Positions 25,764 through 26,858 of a DNA stretch of 26,858 bases are shown in pieces. The notes under the pieces were generated by a model. The model did not search any database. It saw nothing but the letters and a program-made list of their open reading frames with translations, and was not told where the DNA came from. Source of the DNA: Methanotrichaceae archaeon (GTDB taxonomy: Archaea > Halobacteriota > Methanosarcinia > Methanotrichales > Methanotrichaceae); assembly GCA_963748825.1 (NCBI GenBank), contig CAVVKN010000019.1:1-26858 (forward strand). Direction: 5' to 3'. Position numbers and translations under genes: made by a program. Position 1 is the first letter of the stretch. Each line of letters starts with the position of its first letter.

Positions 25764-26858
25764 CTAATTCTCCTCCGGGCTGCGCCCCACTCGGCCAGCT
25801 TGCTGGCGGACCTTTTCGGCCAGGGGGCTTTCGATCTGCTGGAAGATCTGGAGGGCTTCATTTGCGAGATCGATGCTGCTTCCTTTCGCTGGCCGAGCTT
25901 GTCCAGAGCCAGGCTCTTGGTGAAGAGGGCCTCGCCCTCTCCCCGGCGATATTCCATCTTTTTGAAGATCTTCAGCGCTTGATCGCAATGATCGATCGCT
26001 TTGTCGATCTGGCCAAGATCAGAATAGGCTTTGCCTAAGGTGCAGAGAGCTTCGCCCTCAATTTTCCGATATTCGATCTTGCGAACGATGTCCAGCGATT
26101 GCGTGCAGTATTCGATGGCTTTGTCGGTTTCATTCAGGTCCAGGTAGGCTTTGCCTAAATTGCAGAGGTCTTCTCCTTCGTTCTGTTTGTCTCCGATCTC
26201 GCGAGCGATGGCCAGGGCCTGCTCGTGGTATTCGATGGCCTTGCGAGTCTCGCCCAGATCGGCGTAGGCCAGGCCCAGGTTGCCCAGTCAGACTCCTTCG
26301 CTCCTTCTGTCGCCGATCTCGCGAGCGATGGCCAGGGCCTGCTCGTGGTATTCGATGGCCTTGCGTGTCTCGCCCAGGTCGGCGTAGGCCAGGCCCAGGT
26401 TGCCCAGGTGGACTCCTTCGCTCCTTCTGTCGCCGATCTCGCGAGAGATGGCCAGGGCCTGCTCGTAGTACTCGATGGCCTTGCGAGTCTCGCCTAGATC
26501 GGCGTAGGCGCCGCCCAGGTTGCCCAGGTCGGTCCCTTCGCCCCTTCTGGTCGCCGATCTCGCGGGCGATGGCCAAGGCCTGCTCGTAGTACTCGATGGC
26601 CTTGCGCGTCTCGCCCAGATCGGCGTAGGCATGCCCAGGTTGCCCAAGCTGATCTCCTTCTCCCTTCTGTCTCCGATCTCGCGGGAGATGGCCAGGGCCT
26701 GCTCGTAGTACTCGATGGCCTTGCGAGTCTCGCCCAGGTCAGCGTAGGCGCCGCCCAGGTTGCCCAGGTGAACTCCTTCGCCCCTTCGGTCGCCGATCTC
26801 GCGTGAGATGGCCAGGGCCTGCTCGTGGTACTCGATGGCCTTGCGTGTCTCGCCCAGG
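25764..26858 (-). CDS. TPR-repeat protein (3' portion, 5' end beyond window) with several indels and one in-frame TGA
   Basis: 40-aa repeats LGNLGxAYADLGETRKAIEYxEQALAIxREIGDRRxEGxx and a capping C-terminus ALQIFQQIESP.AEKVR..LAEW. Confidence 0.88.
26161..26858. repeat. 120-bp tandem repeat, nearly six highly similar units, with more diverged units extending to about 25860
   Basis: GCTCGT(G/A)GTA(T/C)TCGATGGCCTTGCG starts at 26221, 26341, 26461, 26582, 26701 and 26821. Confidence 0.95.

Noticed and set aside
25094-25957. Apparent TPR-MBL hydrolase fusion ORF
   Set aside because: Artefact of frameshifts. The MBL gene has its own ATG at 25762 with GGAGG upstream, and its 3' half lies in another frame.
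26288-26290. In-frame TGA in the TPR gene as selenocysteine or programmed readthrough
   Set aside because: It falls at a variable repeat position in an indel-rich region, and no SECIS-like element was identified. Error or mutation is more likely.
26161-26858. Tandem repeats as a CRISPR array or DGR template/variable repeat
   Set aside because: The units are contiguous coding 120-bp repeats without spacers. No cas or reverse transcriptase gene is in the window, and the differences are not obviously adenine-restricted.

Overview
Archaeal chromosomal window, very probably from a Methanothrix (Methanosaeta)-like member of the Methanosarcinales. This assignment is inferred from the MC1 chromatin protein with a short loop, a DUF1608-type S-layer fragment, an alpha2-type EndA and the archaeal spt5-rpl11-rpl1-rplP0-rpl12 cluster. 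The left half is mostly core genes: ahcY, an APH-fold kinase, Trm11, spt5 plus ribosomal stalk genes, MC1, a CysC/AAA_33-like P-loop kinase, a strongly divergent type II GAPDH-like protein, endA, an MJ1316/DUF504 protein and an intron-containing tRNA-Arg(UCG) with a perfect bulge-helix-bulge. It also holds two small genes missing from the ORF track (an RHH protein and a CPxCG zinc finger). The right half is more accessory: a frameshifted Ig/DUF11 surface protein, a divergent pair of a non-canonical deoxyhypusine-synthase paralogue and a bacterial-type PLP arginine decarboxylase (SpeA), a CheB-CheR-PAS / hybrid kinase / Asp-to-Asn pseudo-receiver cassette, an MBL hydrolase, and a 120-bp TPR repeat gene cut by the window edge and carrying many indels. 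The most interesting candidates are the SpeA + DHS-like polyamine module, the divergent GAPDH-like enzyme, the receptor-less CheBR signalling cassette and a likely uL1 autoregulatory hairpin. All calls rest on motif recognition only; no database searches were run.
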